Positions 19,347 to 27,703 of a DNA stretch of 64,000 nucleotides are shown here, piece by piece. The stretch spans positions 32,001 to 96,000 of the forward strand of contig JAEOTR010000016.1 of the NCBI GenBank assembly GCA_016839705.1, read 5' to 3'. This DNA comes from Promethearchaeota archaeon (GTDB taxonomy: Archaea; Asgardarchaeota; Lokiarchaeia; Sigyniarchaeales; SOKP01). Made by a program: the position numbers and the translations under genes. Every line of letters begins with the position of its first letter. Position 1 is the stretch's first letter. Below the pieces are notes generated by a model. That model did no database searches and was not told where the DNA came from. It saw only the letters and a program-made list of their open reading frames with translations.

Positions 19347-19688
19347 ATGAGTTTTGAAGATGAGTTTGATGAGGATTTAGGTGGGGAGAGACCTGTAAAT
19401 TCTAAGACCCCTTCATCTAAAACCCCTTCAGCAGGAAGAAAATTGACATTGTATTTTATGTCAACCATAGGCCCTGGCGAGAAGAAAGAAAAATTAACAG
19501 TGAATGACGGAAATTGCGTTGAGGATATAAAGCAGACATTAGGAAATTTATATGGACTTGATCCTAATGATTTTCATTTATCTTCTGGCGGAGTTACGAT
19601 GGATGAAAATAGCTCATTAAAGGATTACCATGTGAGCGATGGAGACGACATTCTTATGATTCCCGCGAGCACTGCCGGGAAAGCTTAA
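19347..19688 (+). CDS. Ubiquitin-like modifier paralogue B, precursor form (...IPASTAG-KA)
   Basis: Beta-grasp pattern; first gene of the Ubl-E1-E2-JAMM-RING run; ATG 19347 (or 19341) preferred over TTG 19332. Confidence 0.88.
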   Translation: MSFEDEFDEDLGGERPVNSKTPSSKTPSAGRKLTLYFMSTIGPGEKKEKLTVNDGNCVEDIKQTLGNLYGLDPNDFHLSSGGVTMDENSSLKDYHVSDGDDILMIPASTAGKA

Positions 19689-19714
19689 ATATTTTTCTTA
19701 ATATATTATAATAT

Positions 19715-19749
19715 AAGGGCGTTAAGCCCTTCAACTTTTTTTATTTTTT
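19715..19749 (+). terminator. Hairpin plus T-tract between Ubl-B and E1
   Basis: AAGGGC-gttaa-GCCCTT perfect 6-bp stem followed by caac and a long T-rich run. Confidence 0.5.
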
Positions 19750-19761
19750 AAATAAATAATA

Positions 19762-20997
19762 ATGGTAATACTTATGGATAAGAATTCAGAATTTTTCGGA
19801 AAAGAGTTATCAGTGGAAGAGAGAAGTTTGTATGACCGTCAATTTCGTCTCGAGGGATGGTCTCAGAAATTGGTAAAAAATTCGAGGATATTAATTGCAG
19901 GCGTCGGTGGTTTAGGGTGTGAAATTGCTAAAAATCTATCGATGCTTGGTATCGGTCACTTAGATCTCGTTGATTTGGATATTATTGAACATTCTAATTT
20001 AAACCGTCAAATTCTTTTTGCGGGGGCAAAGATCGGAGAACCTAAAGCGGTTGTTGCAGCAAGAAAACTTAAGGACATTAATCCTAATATAGCAGTTAAA
20101 GGTTATCACACCTCTTTAGAGCGATTAAATCCCGCAATCTATCAAGCCGCTGATGTAATAATTGGAGGTCTTGATTCGATGAATACCCGTCTAAACTTGA
20201 ATGCTCAATGTATTAGGTTTAAAATCCCTCTTGTCGATGGAGGTGTATCTGGATATCACGGTCATGTATACACAATCTTTCCTTATCAAAATGCCTGTTA
20301 TGAGTGCAATCCCTTACCCGTCGTAGAGGGTGATGACATGGCGGCTTGTACAGTAGTAGGAATTCCTCGAAAAAGAATCCATTGTGTCTTTAAAGGAGAC
20401 ATGGCATTTAAAGAAAAACTTGATAGAGGTCCCAATCCTAAAAATGTAAATGATATCAAATTCATTCAAAAGGTTGCAAATGAATTAGTAAATAAACATA
20501 ATTTCTTACCTGAATATACGGTAGATGATATTGTAAGAATAATTGATAGACATGATCCGGGAATAATTACGATTAATGCGGTTATTTCCGCCTTACAATC
20601 CCATGAAGCCGTGAAAATTCTCCATTGGAAAAAGGGTCATAAAGGGCTTGGAGAACCAATTCAAAATTATGTGGTCTATAATGGAATAACTATGAAATTT
20701 TATCATATTGAAAAAAAAAGAAATCCAGAATGTTCTCAGTGTGGAAAGCACGTTAGAAGAGTATCAATAAAATTGAACCCTCATTCACCATGCGAGAACA
20801 TAATCAAAATATTAACTAAAAATGGGTTTAAACCTGATCCAGATTCAGAACCAATTCTTACTTTACAAGATTTTAATGATATTAAGATGGTTGATTTAGA
20901 ACAGAATCCAATTGAAAATGGTTTAAGAAATTATGAATTTATAACCGCAGCAGGCTTCAAAGATGGGGAAATTTTTGTAACCTTAAAATTGAAATAA
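19762..20997 (+). CDS. Ubiquitin-activating enzyme E1 (ThiF adenylation domain with catalytic-Cys insert, UBA2/UBA3-like)
   Basis: YDRQFRL, GVGGLG, DLDIIEHSNLNRQ, Zn pairs CYEC/CSQC, catalytic-type ACTVVGIPRKRIHC. Confidence 0.93.
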   Translation: MVILMDKNSEFFGKELSVEERSLYDRQFRLEGWSQKLVKNSRILIAGVGGLGCEIAKNLSMLGIGHLDLVDLDIIEHSNLNRQILFAGAKIGEPKAVVAARKLKDINPNIAVKGYHTSLERLNPAIYQAADVIIGGLDSMNTRLNLNAQCIRFKIPLVDGGVSGYHGHVYTIFPYQNACYECNPLPVVEGDDMAACTVVGIPRKRIHCVFKGDMAFKEKLDRGPNPKNVNDIKFIQKVANELVNKHNFLPEYTVDDIVRIIDRHDPGIITINAVISALQSHEAVKILHWKKGHKGLGEPIQNYVVYNGITMKFYHIEKKRNPECSQCGKHVRRVSIKLNPHSPCENIIKILTKNGFKPDPDSEPILTLQDFNDIKMVDLEQNPIENGLRNYEFITAAGFKDGEIFVTLKLK

Positions 20998-21078
20998 TAA
21001 TTTAACCAAAAAAACCAAATAATTAAAAAAAATAGAGAATAAAAATTATAAATAAAAATAATAAAAAGGTTTGATAAG

Positions 21079-21606
21079 ATGAGTATAAGAAGTAGTCGTA
21101 TTTCCCAAGATTTTGCAGGATTAAAAAAACTGTTAAAGACGGGTACTATAATTCAATTAAAACCATTTAATCCTAAAAAGAAGAGTATAGATCATTTAGC
21201 TATAACTATTAAAGGGCCAAAAGGCACTGTATATGCGGGAGGTGTGTTTAAATTAGAAATGAAATTCCCTTCCCAGTATCCTAGCCAACCCCCTTTCGTT
21301 AGAATGCATACTCCAATTTGGCATCCAAATTTTTGGCCAAAACCGACTGAATATAAGGGACAAAGAAATATATGTCTAGCTTTGGTAGATCCCTCTTTGG
21401 CGGGTAAAAAGGGTGGATGGAGTCCATCAAAAACAGCAGTGACAATTGTTCAAGCAATAATTGCAATGCTAAACACCCGTGGTAAATTTGTTAACCCAAC
21501 TGATGTTTTTAATAAAAAGGCAGCAATTGAAATGATGAAAAATCCTAAATTTTTCGAGAAAAAGGTTAAAAACTTAGTTAAAAAATATGCAAATACGAAA
21601 TGGTGA
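21079..21606 (+). CDS. Ubiquitin-conjugating enzyme E2 (UBC fold)
   Basis: GPKGTVYAGGVF, FPSQYPSQPP, WHPN, catalytic ICL, WSPS. Confidence 0.95.
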   Translation: MSIRSSRISQDFAGLKKLLKTGTIIQLKPFNPKKKSIDHLAITIKGPKGTVYAGGVFKLEMKFPSQYPSQPPFVRMHTPIWHPNFWPKPTEYKGQRNICLALVDPSLAGKKGGWSPSKTAVTIVQAIIAMLNTRGKFVNPTDVFNKKAAIEMMKNPKFFEKKVKNLVKKYANTKW

Positions 21607-22442
21607 TTTCGCTAATGGAAGAAAAAGAATCAGCTAACAGTTCAATTAAAGACGTAATAAAGCAGAAAATAAAAGAAAAAATAAAAAAGGAATTATTAGA
21701 TGAAATACGTGAAGAGCTTCAATTAGAAGAAGAAGAATTAACTGAAGAAATTATTTCAATGCTTACACAAAGAGTTTCTAACGGTCTAAATATAAAACAT
21801 TCGAAGGCGCCCATCGTTAATATTTTAGAAAAAAAAGTCATAGAACCTCAATTAGAGCAAGAAGCCCAAAAGGAAACCTACATTACAATAAAGGCAACTC
21901 TTAAAATAGCAAGTCACGCTATAAAATATGCTAATCCTAATATACCTAAATCAAACTGGATTGAAGTTATAGGTATTCTCGCTGGAAAAATAGATAAAAA
22001 GACTGGTTTACTAATAATTGAAGATGCATATCCTGTTGGACATGGCAATGCAATCCATGCAAAAATGGATGATAAGAGAAATCGTAGAACGGGTTTTATA
22101 AAAGCTTTTGAAATAATCAAGAAAAATAAATTAGATATTTGTGGGTGGTATCATTCTCATCCTTGCTATGGATGTTTTATGTCACCCGAAGATTTTGATA
22201 CTCAAGCGAGATATCAGAAATTATGGGATAAAGCCGTTGCACTTGTTATCGATCCGTGCCTTATTGATGGAACTTCAACAGGTTTTGAGATTTATCAGGC
22301 AGATTTGAAATCAAAAACTTTCTATCCTCTATTATATGGAATTAAAGGATCGTTAGATATCCGTATGCTACCCGACATTTTAGAATTTATGAATCCAATT
22401 ATTCAAGGGAAAGCGGCTTATTTAGAATATGATAAAGATTAA
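21600..22442 (+). CDS. JAMM/MPN+ isopeptidase (Rpn11/CSN5-like) with N-terminal charged helical extension
   Basis: EVIGILAG...GWYHSHPCYGCFMSPEDFDTQ...ALVIDP; overlaps the E2 stop. Confidence 0.93.
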   Translation: MVISLMEEKESANSSIKDVIKQKIKEKIKKELLDEIREELQLEEEELTEEIISMLTQRVSNGLNIKHSKAPIVNILEKKVIEPQLEQEAQKETYITIKATLKIASHAIKYANPNIPKSNWIEVIGILAGKIDKKTGLLIIEDAYPVGHGNAIHAKMDDKRNRRTGFIKAFEIIKKNKLDICGWYHSHPCYGCFMSPEDFDTQARYQKLWDKAVALVIDPCLIDGTSTGFEIYQADLKSKTFYPLLYGIKGSLDIRMLPDILEFMNPIIQGKAAYLEYDKD

Positions 22443-22471
22443 ATTATATTATTGATGGTGGTTATTAAACC

Positions 22472-23677
22472 GTGGCTAAAACTAAGGTAATAATTTTACT
22501 GCTGATTGCATTTGCAATTATCGGCATAATACACGGTGCCATTCTAAATTCAGTTAATGTATTTGTAAGTTGGTTTTTAATAGGGATATGGTTAGTATTT
22601 ACATTTAAAGTTATAAAGAATATAAAGCAACATCGTGAATATCGTAGTCCACACAATACAGCATTTTTTACTATTGGTCCTGTTTTGATTGGAATTTTTT
22701 ATTCAATTTGGGGAAATTTTACAGGATTATTAGGAGAAAATCTCTTAATAAGCACAGATTTATATTTAAGTTGGTGGAGTATACTATTTGGGTTTCCATA
22801 TGTGTTTTATAGTTCAATCTCATTATACCGTTGTTTTAAAAAATACCGAGTAATTTATTTTGGGACAAAATCTGTAAATGCCCGTAAATTTGGCTATTTA
22901 TTAGGCATATCGGTTATATTTTTCATATCTATCTATTGGATTAGTTTCTATTCATTGATCGATTTTTATGAATCTCTTATAATACCACTTCATTTTTTAC
23001 TAGATCTTAATCTTCTAATACTGCTTGTGAGCACTATTCTAATAATAATTATTGCAGGATTATTTGGGTCACAGACTCAATTACCCCAATTAACAAGAGA
23101 TTATATAGCACAGCGTAGGAATAGATTAAACCAACTAACATCACCTAGAAGAAATAGTACACCTAATAGATATAGGGAAAGTGTTCGCAATACCACAAGG
23201 TCAAATCCAACACCTTCAGCTAGCACGGTAACCCGTACATCAAGATCAGTGAACCATTCATCCCGATCTACACCAACCGCACGAAGACGTTCTACAACTA
23301 CAAGAACTAAAACAAGTTCTCGAACTGTGAGTAGAGGGCCAACAGGGACACAGGTAAGAAAGAAACAGAGTACTAAAAAAATAACTAACTTTAATATATA
23401 TAAACCTAAAGCCGCGCGTTTATCATCTGAGGACTTTAAGTGTATTTTTTGCTTTAAATTACCAAAAATTCCTGAGGATAACGGTAGAGGTATAATTTTA
23501 TGTCCAAATTGTAGATACCCTGCTCATGCAGATGAATTTAAGGATTGGTTACAAAGTTCCAACCTCTGTTCTCGATGCAGTGCTCCTATTCCTACAACCT
23601 ATAAGAGAAATCCAAGAATAATACCGATTAAAACTTATTTAGTAATTGTAAAACATTTTATTGGCAATAAGAGATAA
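22472..23677 (+). CDS. Multi-pass membrane protein with C-terminal variant RING finger (putative E3 ligase)
   Basis: About 6 TM segments, an S/T/R-rich linker, then C-x2-C-x16-C-x2-C-x4-H-x2-E-x3-W-x6-C-x2-C. Confidence 0.8.
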   Translation: MAKTKVIILLLIAFAIIGIIHGAILNSVNVFVSWFLIGIWLVFTFKVIKNIKQHREYRSPHNTAFFTIGPVLIGIFYSIWGNFTGLLGENLLISTDLYLSWWSILFGFPYVFYSSISLYRCFKKYRVIYFGTKSVNARKFGYLLGISVIFFISIYWISFYSLIDFYESLIIPLHFLLDLNLLILLVSTILIIIIAGLFGSQTQLPQLTRDYIAQRRNRLNQLTSPRRNSTPNRYRESVRNTTRSNPTPSASTVTRTSRSVNHSSRSTPTARRRSTTTRTKTSSRTVSRGPTGTQVRKKQSTKKITNFNIYKPKAARLSSEDFKCIFCFKLPKIPEDNGRGIILCPNCRYPAHADEFKDWLQSSNLCSRCSAPIPTTYKRNPRIIPIKTYLVIVKHFIGNKR

Positions 23678-23700
23678 ATTGGTAATAAATATTTAAGAAT

Positions 23701-24645
23701 CTAATTTCCTGATTTTACCTTTTTTTTTAGTTCCCCTATTGTTGTTTTTAACTCAGCATACACATTATGAGGATGGATAGATTCAAAACTTTCAATTTTA
23801 AATTCTATTTTAAAATCCTCTTCTAGATTTGGGAACTCTCTTAAAATAAAATTTTTTGCCATTTCTCTAATGACATCCTCTGAAAACAAAGGTTTTAAAT
23901 GAGCGCTTCTTACTAGTTCGGCTTCTTCAGGGCGTTTCAGCACAGATTGTATTTTGCCGCTCATAGATTCTTCTATTACATCAATGATGTCTAAAACGTC
24001 AATTTTTTGGCCTGTCAAATCCTTTATCTGAACAATAATCGTACCATTTGACCTTTGATTATGTGAAGAGAAGGGAAAGATATTGATGAGTTTTTTAAGA
24101 TCTTCCTCAGAAACATGTATATCTTTTCTGGTTTTGACAACTTCGGTTGCATATTCTTGAGACATTTCTTTTGCGCAAGGACACACTGTCATTCCTACAG
24201 CAGTTGCCCCAATATAATAAGTGTATTCAATTTCTCCAGATGATTTTCTTTTAGCTTTAACAAAAGATAATATATCATATGATTTTTGGATATTTCTAGT
24301 ATTATTTTCCCGAACTTGAACTATAATCTTTCCTTCTAATTTAACTTCCGCTTTGGAAGTATAAGGGTGTCTTTCTAACAACTTTTTAATGATTCTATCG
24401 CCTACTAATTCTATTGTCGGGGTTGGCTTGTATATTACCTCATTTATGACTTCTTCAATAGTTTCGGAAGTCCGCGACATGTGAATACCTCGTTGCTGGG
24501 CAGGAAGAGCAATTAATGCGGAGATTTTTGGGTAAAACGAGTATTTTTTATTCTCTTGTACTATTTCTACTTTTTTCTCTAGCTCAACTATTCCAACCTT
24601 GTCAATAGCGATGTCTATTGCTGACCCAGAATCTTGTAAGTCCAT
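23701..24645 (-). CDS. mptA: GTP cyclohydrolase MptA/FolE2 family
   Basis: RGIHMSR, TVCPCA, HNQR, LKRPEE, FSED..RE, ESIHPH. Confidence 0.92.
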   Translation of the reverse strand: MDLQDSGSAIDIAIDKVGIVELEKKVEIVQENKKYSFYPKISALIALPAQQRGIHMSRTSETIEEVINEVIYKPTPTIELVGDRIIKKLLERHPYTSKAEVKLEGKIIVQVRENNTRNIQKSYDILSFVKAKRKSSGEIEYTYYIGATAVGMTVCPCAKEMSQEYATEVVKTRKDIHVSEEDLKKLINIFPFSSHNQRSNGTIIVQIKDLTGQKIDVLDIIDVIEESMSGKIQSVLKRPEEAELVRSAHLKPLFSEDVIREMAKNFILREFPNLEEDFKIEFKIESFESIHPHNVYAELKTTIGELKKKVKSGN

Positions 24646-24764
24646 TTTGAATTTAGGAATTTTGTATCACCAGTAACAAAAAATATTTTATTTAGTTCTA
24701 ATCTTAAAAAAGATTAGATATAATATAAAATAATTTCAAAAAAATTGAATATCTTAAGAATTCG

Positions 24765-25934
24765 ATGCCATTAAAAAGCATTTTTAGCGAGTATGCATTA
24801 ATTGGAGAGGATTTAGAACTTAAACAAGATGTTTCAATAGAAATTGATGAAAATGGAATCATTTCAAAAATAACGTATACAAATCCAGAGGATTCCTTAA
24901 TAAGTTTTGAAAGAAATCATTGCTATTTACTAATACCGGGTTTTATTAATTCTCATACTCATATTGGAGATAATTTTGCGAAAGAACTAGGTTTTAATAA
25001 AGAATTAACGGACATAGTAGCTCCACCATTTGGTCTTAAACATAAACTACTTAGACAAACACCAAGAGATGTTATTATTAAAGGGATTAAAAATGCTGCT
25101 TCAGAAATGCTCTCTAACGGGATTACTTGCTTTATTGATTTTAGAGAAGGTGGAGTCGAAGGTGTAAATCTTATTAAAGAGGCTTTAGAAATCTCTCCAA
25201 TAAATTGTTTAATCTTTGGTAGGTTTATGGATGAAAGCGAAATAGAATTAATTTTTAATCTAGCTGATGGAGTGGGATTATCTAGTTATAAGTTCATATC
25301 TGATTCAACTAAGACCTTTGTAGAGGAATCAAAACAAAATTATAAAAAATTAATTGCTTGCCATTGTGCTGAGAAAAATCGTTTTCCTGAATTAATCAAT
25401 AGAGTACTTACTGACAATTTAGTTGATATCATCATTCATGGTACGAAATTTACTAAAGAAGATTTAGGGAGGATTCAAAGAGCGATGAAATCACTTGTTT
25501 TATGCCCCCGATGTAATGGATATTTTGGAGTAGGATTTCCTCCAATTATAGAGATACTAAAACTTGGAATTCCTATATCTTTAGGTACAGACAATTCGAT
25601 GGTAAATAGTTCAGATTTATTTGAAGAAATGCGTTATCTATATAGAATTTCTAGAATACTTGGTAATTATGATAAAACAATACAATTAACATCAAAAGAA
25701 CTCTTAAAAATGGTGACAGTGAATGCTGCAAAAAATTTTCGTTTAGGGATTGAACGTGGTTCAATTTCGGAAGGCAAATTCGCAGATTTTTTTGCAGTTG
25801 ATTTAAAAGAACCAAATTTTTATACACTCGACTTAAATGAAAGCAATGTTTTTGATGTGATTGTACAAAGAACAGGAACAGGGAATATTAAAAGAACTTA
25901 TATAAGAGGAGAAGTAGTTTTTGAAAGAAACTGA
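24765..25934 (+). CDS. Metal-dependent amidohydrolase (deaminase-like)
   Basis: PGFINSHTHIGD, HCAE, HGT, LGTDN, GKFADF. Confidence 0.88.
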   Translation: MPLKSIFSEYALIGEDLELKQDVSIEIDENGIISKITYTNPEDSLISFERNHCYLLIPGFINSHTHIGDNFAKELGFNKELTDIVAPPFGLKHKLLRQTPRDVIIKGIKNAASEMLSNGITCFIDFREGGVEGVNLIKEALEISPINCLIFGRFMDESEIELIFNLADGVGLSSYKFISDSTKTFVEESKQNYKKLIACHCAEKNRFPELINRVLTDNLVDIIIHGTKFTKEDLGRIQRAMKSLVLCPRCNGYFGVGFPPIIEILKLGIPISLGTDNSMVNSSDLFEEMRYLYRISRILGNYDKTIQLTSKELLKMVTVNAAKNFRLGIERGSISEGKFADFFAVDLKEPNFYTLDLNESNVFDVIVQRTGTGNIKRTYIRGEVVFERN

Positions 25935-26592
25935 AAAACCTTATATCATCTTAAGCTGTGCAATGACTATAGATGGGAAGATTGCCTCAAAATCAGGAGA
26001 TCCGGGCATTTCGGATGATGATGACTGGAAGGAAGTTCATAAACTTCGTACGGAAGTAGATGGGATCATGGTAGGAAAGGGTACAATATTGAAAGATAAT
26101 CCCAAATTACATATTAAATATTATTATCATCAAGGATATCTAAGAATTGTTGTAGATAGTAATTTAACCATTCCAATTGATTCCAATGTCATTTCATTTC
26201 AACCAGAAACCTACCCTACTATTATTTGTACGACTGAAAATGTACCAATTAACCAAATCAAAAAATATGAAGAAAAAAATGTTAAAATCATACAAGCAGG
26301 GAAAGGCGACCGAGTAGATTTAATAAAGCTTATGCCACTTCTAAAGAAATTGGGATTAAATTCTGTACTTTTAGAAGGCGGGGGAACTTTGAATTGGAGT
26401 TTCATAGAAAAGGATTTAATTGATGAAATCCGCTTAACTATAGCACCTTGGATTATAGGTGGGAAGGATGCTACAAGTCTGGTAGATGGTATTGGTTTTA
26501 GTATAATGAGTGAAGCCCCGAAATTTGAGTTACTCGAAGAAAGATCTAGAAATAATTATGTCATTTTAAGATATAAAAGGAAAACAAAATGA
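25921..26592 (+). CDS. arfC: 2,5-diamino-6-(ribosylamino)-4(3H)-pyrimidinone 5'-phosphate reductase (stand-alone RibD C-domain)
   Basis: AMTIDGKIA, VHKLR, DNPKL, LLEGGGTLN, APWIIGG. Confidence 0.88.
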   Translation: MKETEKPYIILSCAMTIDGKIASKSGDPGISDDDDWKEVHKLRTEVDGIMVGKGTILKDNPKLHIKYYYHQGYLRIVVDSNLTIPIDSNVISFQPETYPTIICTTENVPINQIKKYEEKNVKIIQAGKGDRVDLIKLMPLLKKLGLNSVLLEGGGTLNWSFIEKDLIDEIRLTIAPWIIGGKDATSLVDGIGFSIMSEAPKFELLEERSRNNYVILRYKRKTK

Positions 26593-27689
26593 GTCAAGAA
26601 GAGATCGGGGATTTAAATCTCCTAACAATAGAAGAAATAAAGAGAAAAGTAAAGGAGATAAGGACTCACTTACCGAGAGATGAGCGTTTTTTCATTACCT
26701 ATTCAAAAAATTTTACCCTTTCATTATCAAATTATTGTCAGAATTTTTGCGGGTATTGTTTTTACAATCATAGAATCCCTAAGCCGAATGGACAAGAAAA
26801 TGCAATCTTACTTGAAAATGAGCAAATGCAAACTGCAATTCAAAGAGGTATTAGTCATGATTGCAAAGAAGCATTACTTATGTCTGGAGAAAGGCCTGAC
26901 AGTTTTAAAGAAGTAAAGGATGAATTAGAAAAGCGGGGTTGTAAAGATTTTATAGAATTTGTGAAGGAGATTTCTAAATATTTATTGGACTTCAAAATAT
27001 TACCCCATACAAATTTAGGTATTCTTACCTATAATGAATTAAAAATACTAAAAGGCTATAATGCTAGTATGGGGTTGATGTTAGAGAGTTCCAACCCGGA
27101 ATTATTAAAGACTGGTGGAGTCCATGAAGAATCTCCAGGAAAAATTCCAGATATACGTATAGAACACATAAATAACGCAGGAAAATTAAAGATCCCATTT
27201 ACCACTGGGCTGTTAATAGGAATAGGTGAATCTTTTGAAGATAGAATAAAGGATTTGTATTTAATTAAGAAAATTCATAAAAAATATGGTCATATTCAAG
27301 AGATTATAATTCAAAACTTTGTGGAGAAACCAGGAATTCCTTACAAACCGGGGGAAGTAATTATGATTAAAGATTTATTAAGAATCTCAGGAATTGCAAA
27401 AATAATCTTAGGTAATGAGATTGCCATCCAAGTTCCACCAAATCTGATTTCAGGTCATGAAAAGGAGTTTATTGAGATGGGTGTAAATGATTTCGGTGGG
27501 ATCTCACCCTTTACTATTGATTATATAAATCCAAGAAAACTATGGCCTCAAATTGATGAATTAAAAAAGATTTGTGAGATGCAAGGGTATCACCTCAAAG
27601 AAAGGTTGCCCATTTATGATAAATATATTCAAAGAAAAGATTTCTGCTCAGAAAATATTAAAAAAACCATTGATAATATTATTTATTAA
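26589..27689 (+). CDS. cofG: FO synthase subunit CofG
   Basis: ITYSKN, CQNFCGYC, PHTNLG, SMGLMLE, FTTGLLIGIGE, QVPPNL, DFGGISP. Confidence 0.93.
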   Translation: MSQEEIGDLNLLTIEEIKRKVKEIRTHLPRDERFFITYSKNFTLSLSNYCQNFCGYCFYNHRIPKPNGQENAILLENEQMQTAIQRGISHDCKEALLMSGERPDSFKEVKDELEKRGCKDFIEFVKEISKYLLDFKILPHTNLGILTYNELKILKGYNASMGLMLESSNPELLKTGGVHEESPGKIPDIRIEHINNAGKLKIPFTTGLLIGIGESFEDRIKDLYLIKKIHKKYGHIQEIIIQNFVEKPGIPYKPGEVIMIKDLLRISGIAKIILGNEIAIQVPPNLISGHEKEFIEMGVNDFGGISPFTIDYINPRKLWPQIDELKKICEMQGYHLKERLPIYDKYIQRKDFCSENIKKTIDNIIY

Positions 27690-27703
27690 AACCCACCACT
27701 AAC

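Noticed and set aside
16377-20997. Reading the Ubl and E1 as a MoaD/ThiS/SAMP sulfur-carrier system
   Set aside because: No GG terminus, the E1 has a UBA2/3-type catalytic Cys region, and E2 and RING genes are in the same run
19347-23677. Reading the locus as a bacterial-type antiviral conjugation system (CBASS Cap2/Cap3, Bil)
   Set aside because: No cyclase or effector in the operon, enzymes are eukaryote-like and the context is housekeeping. An antiviral role is not strictly excluded.
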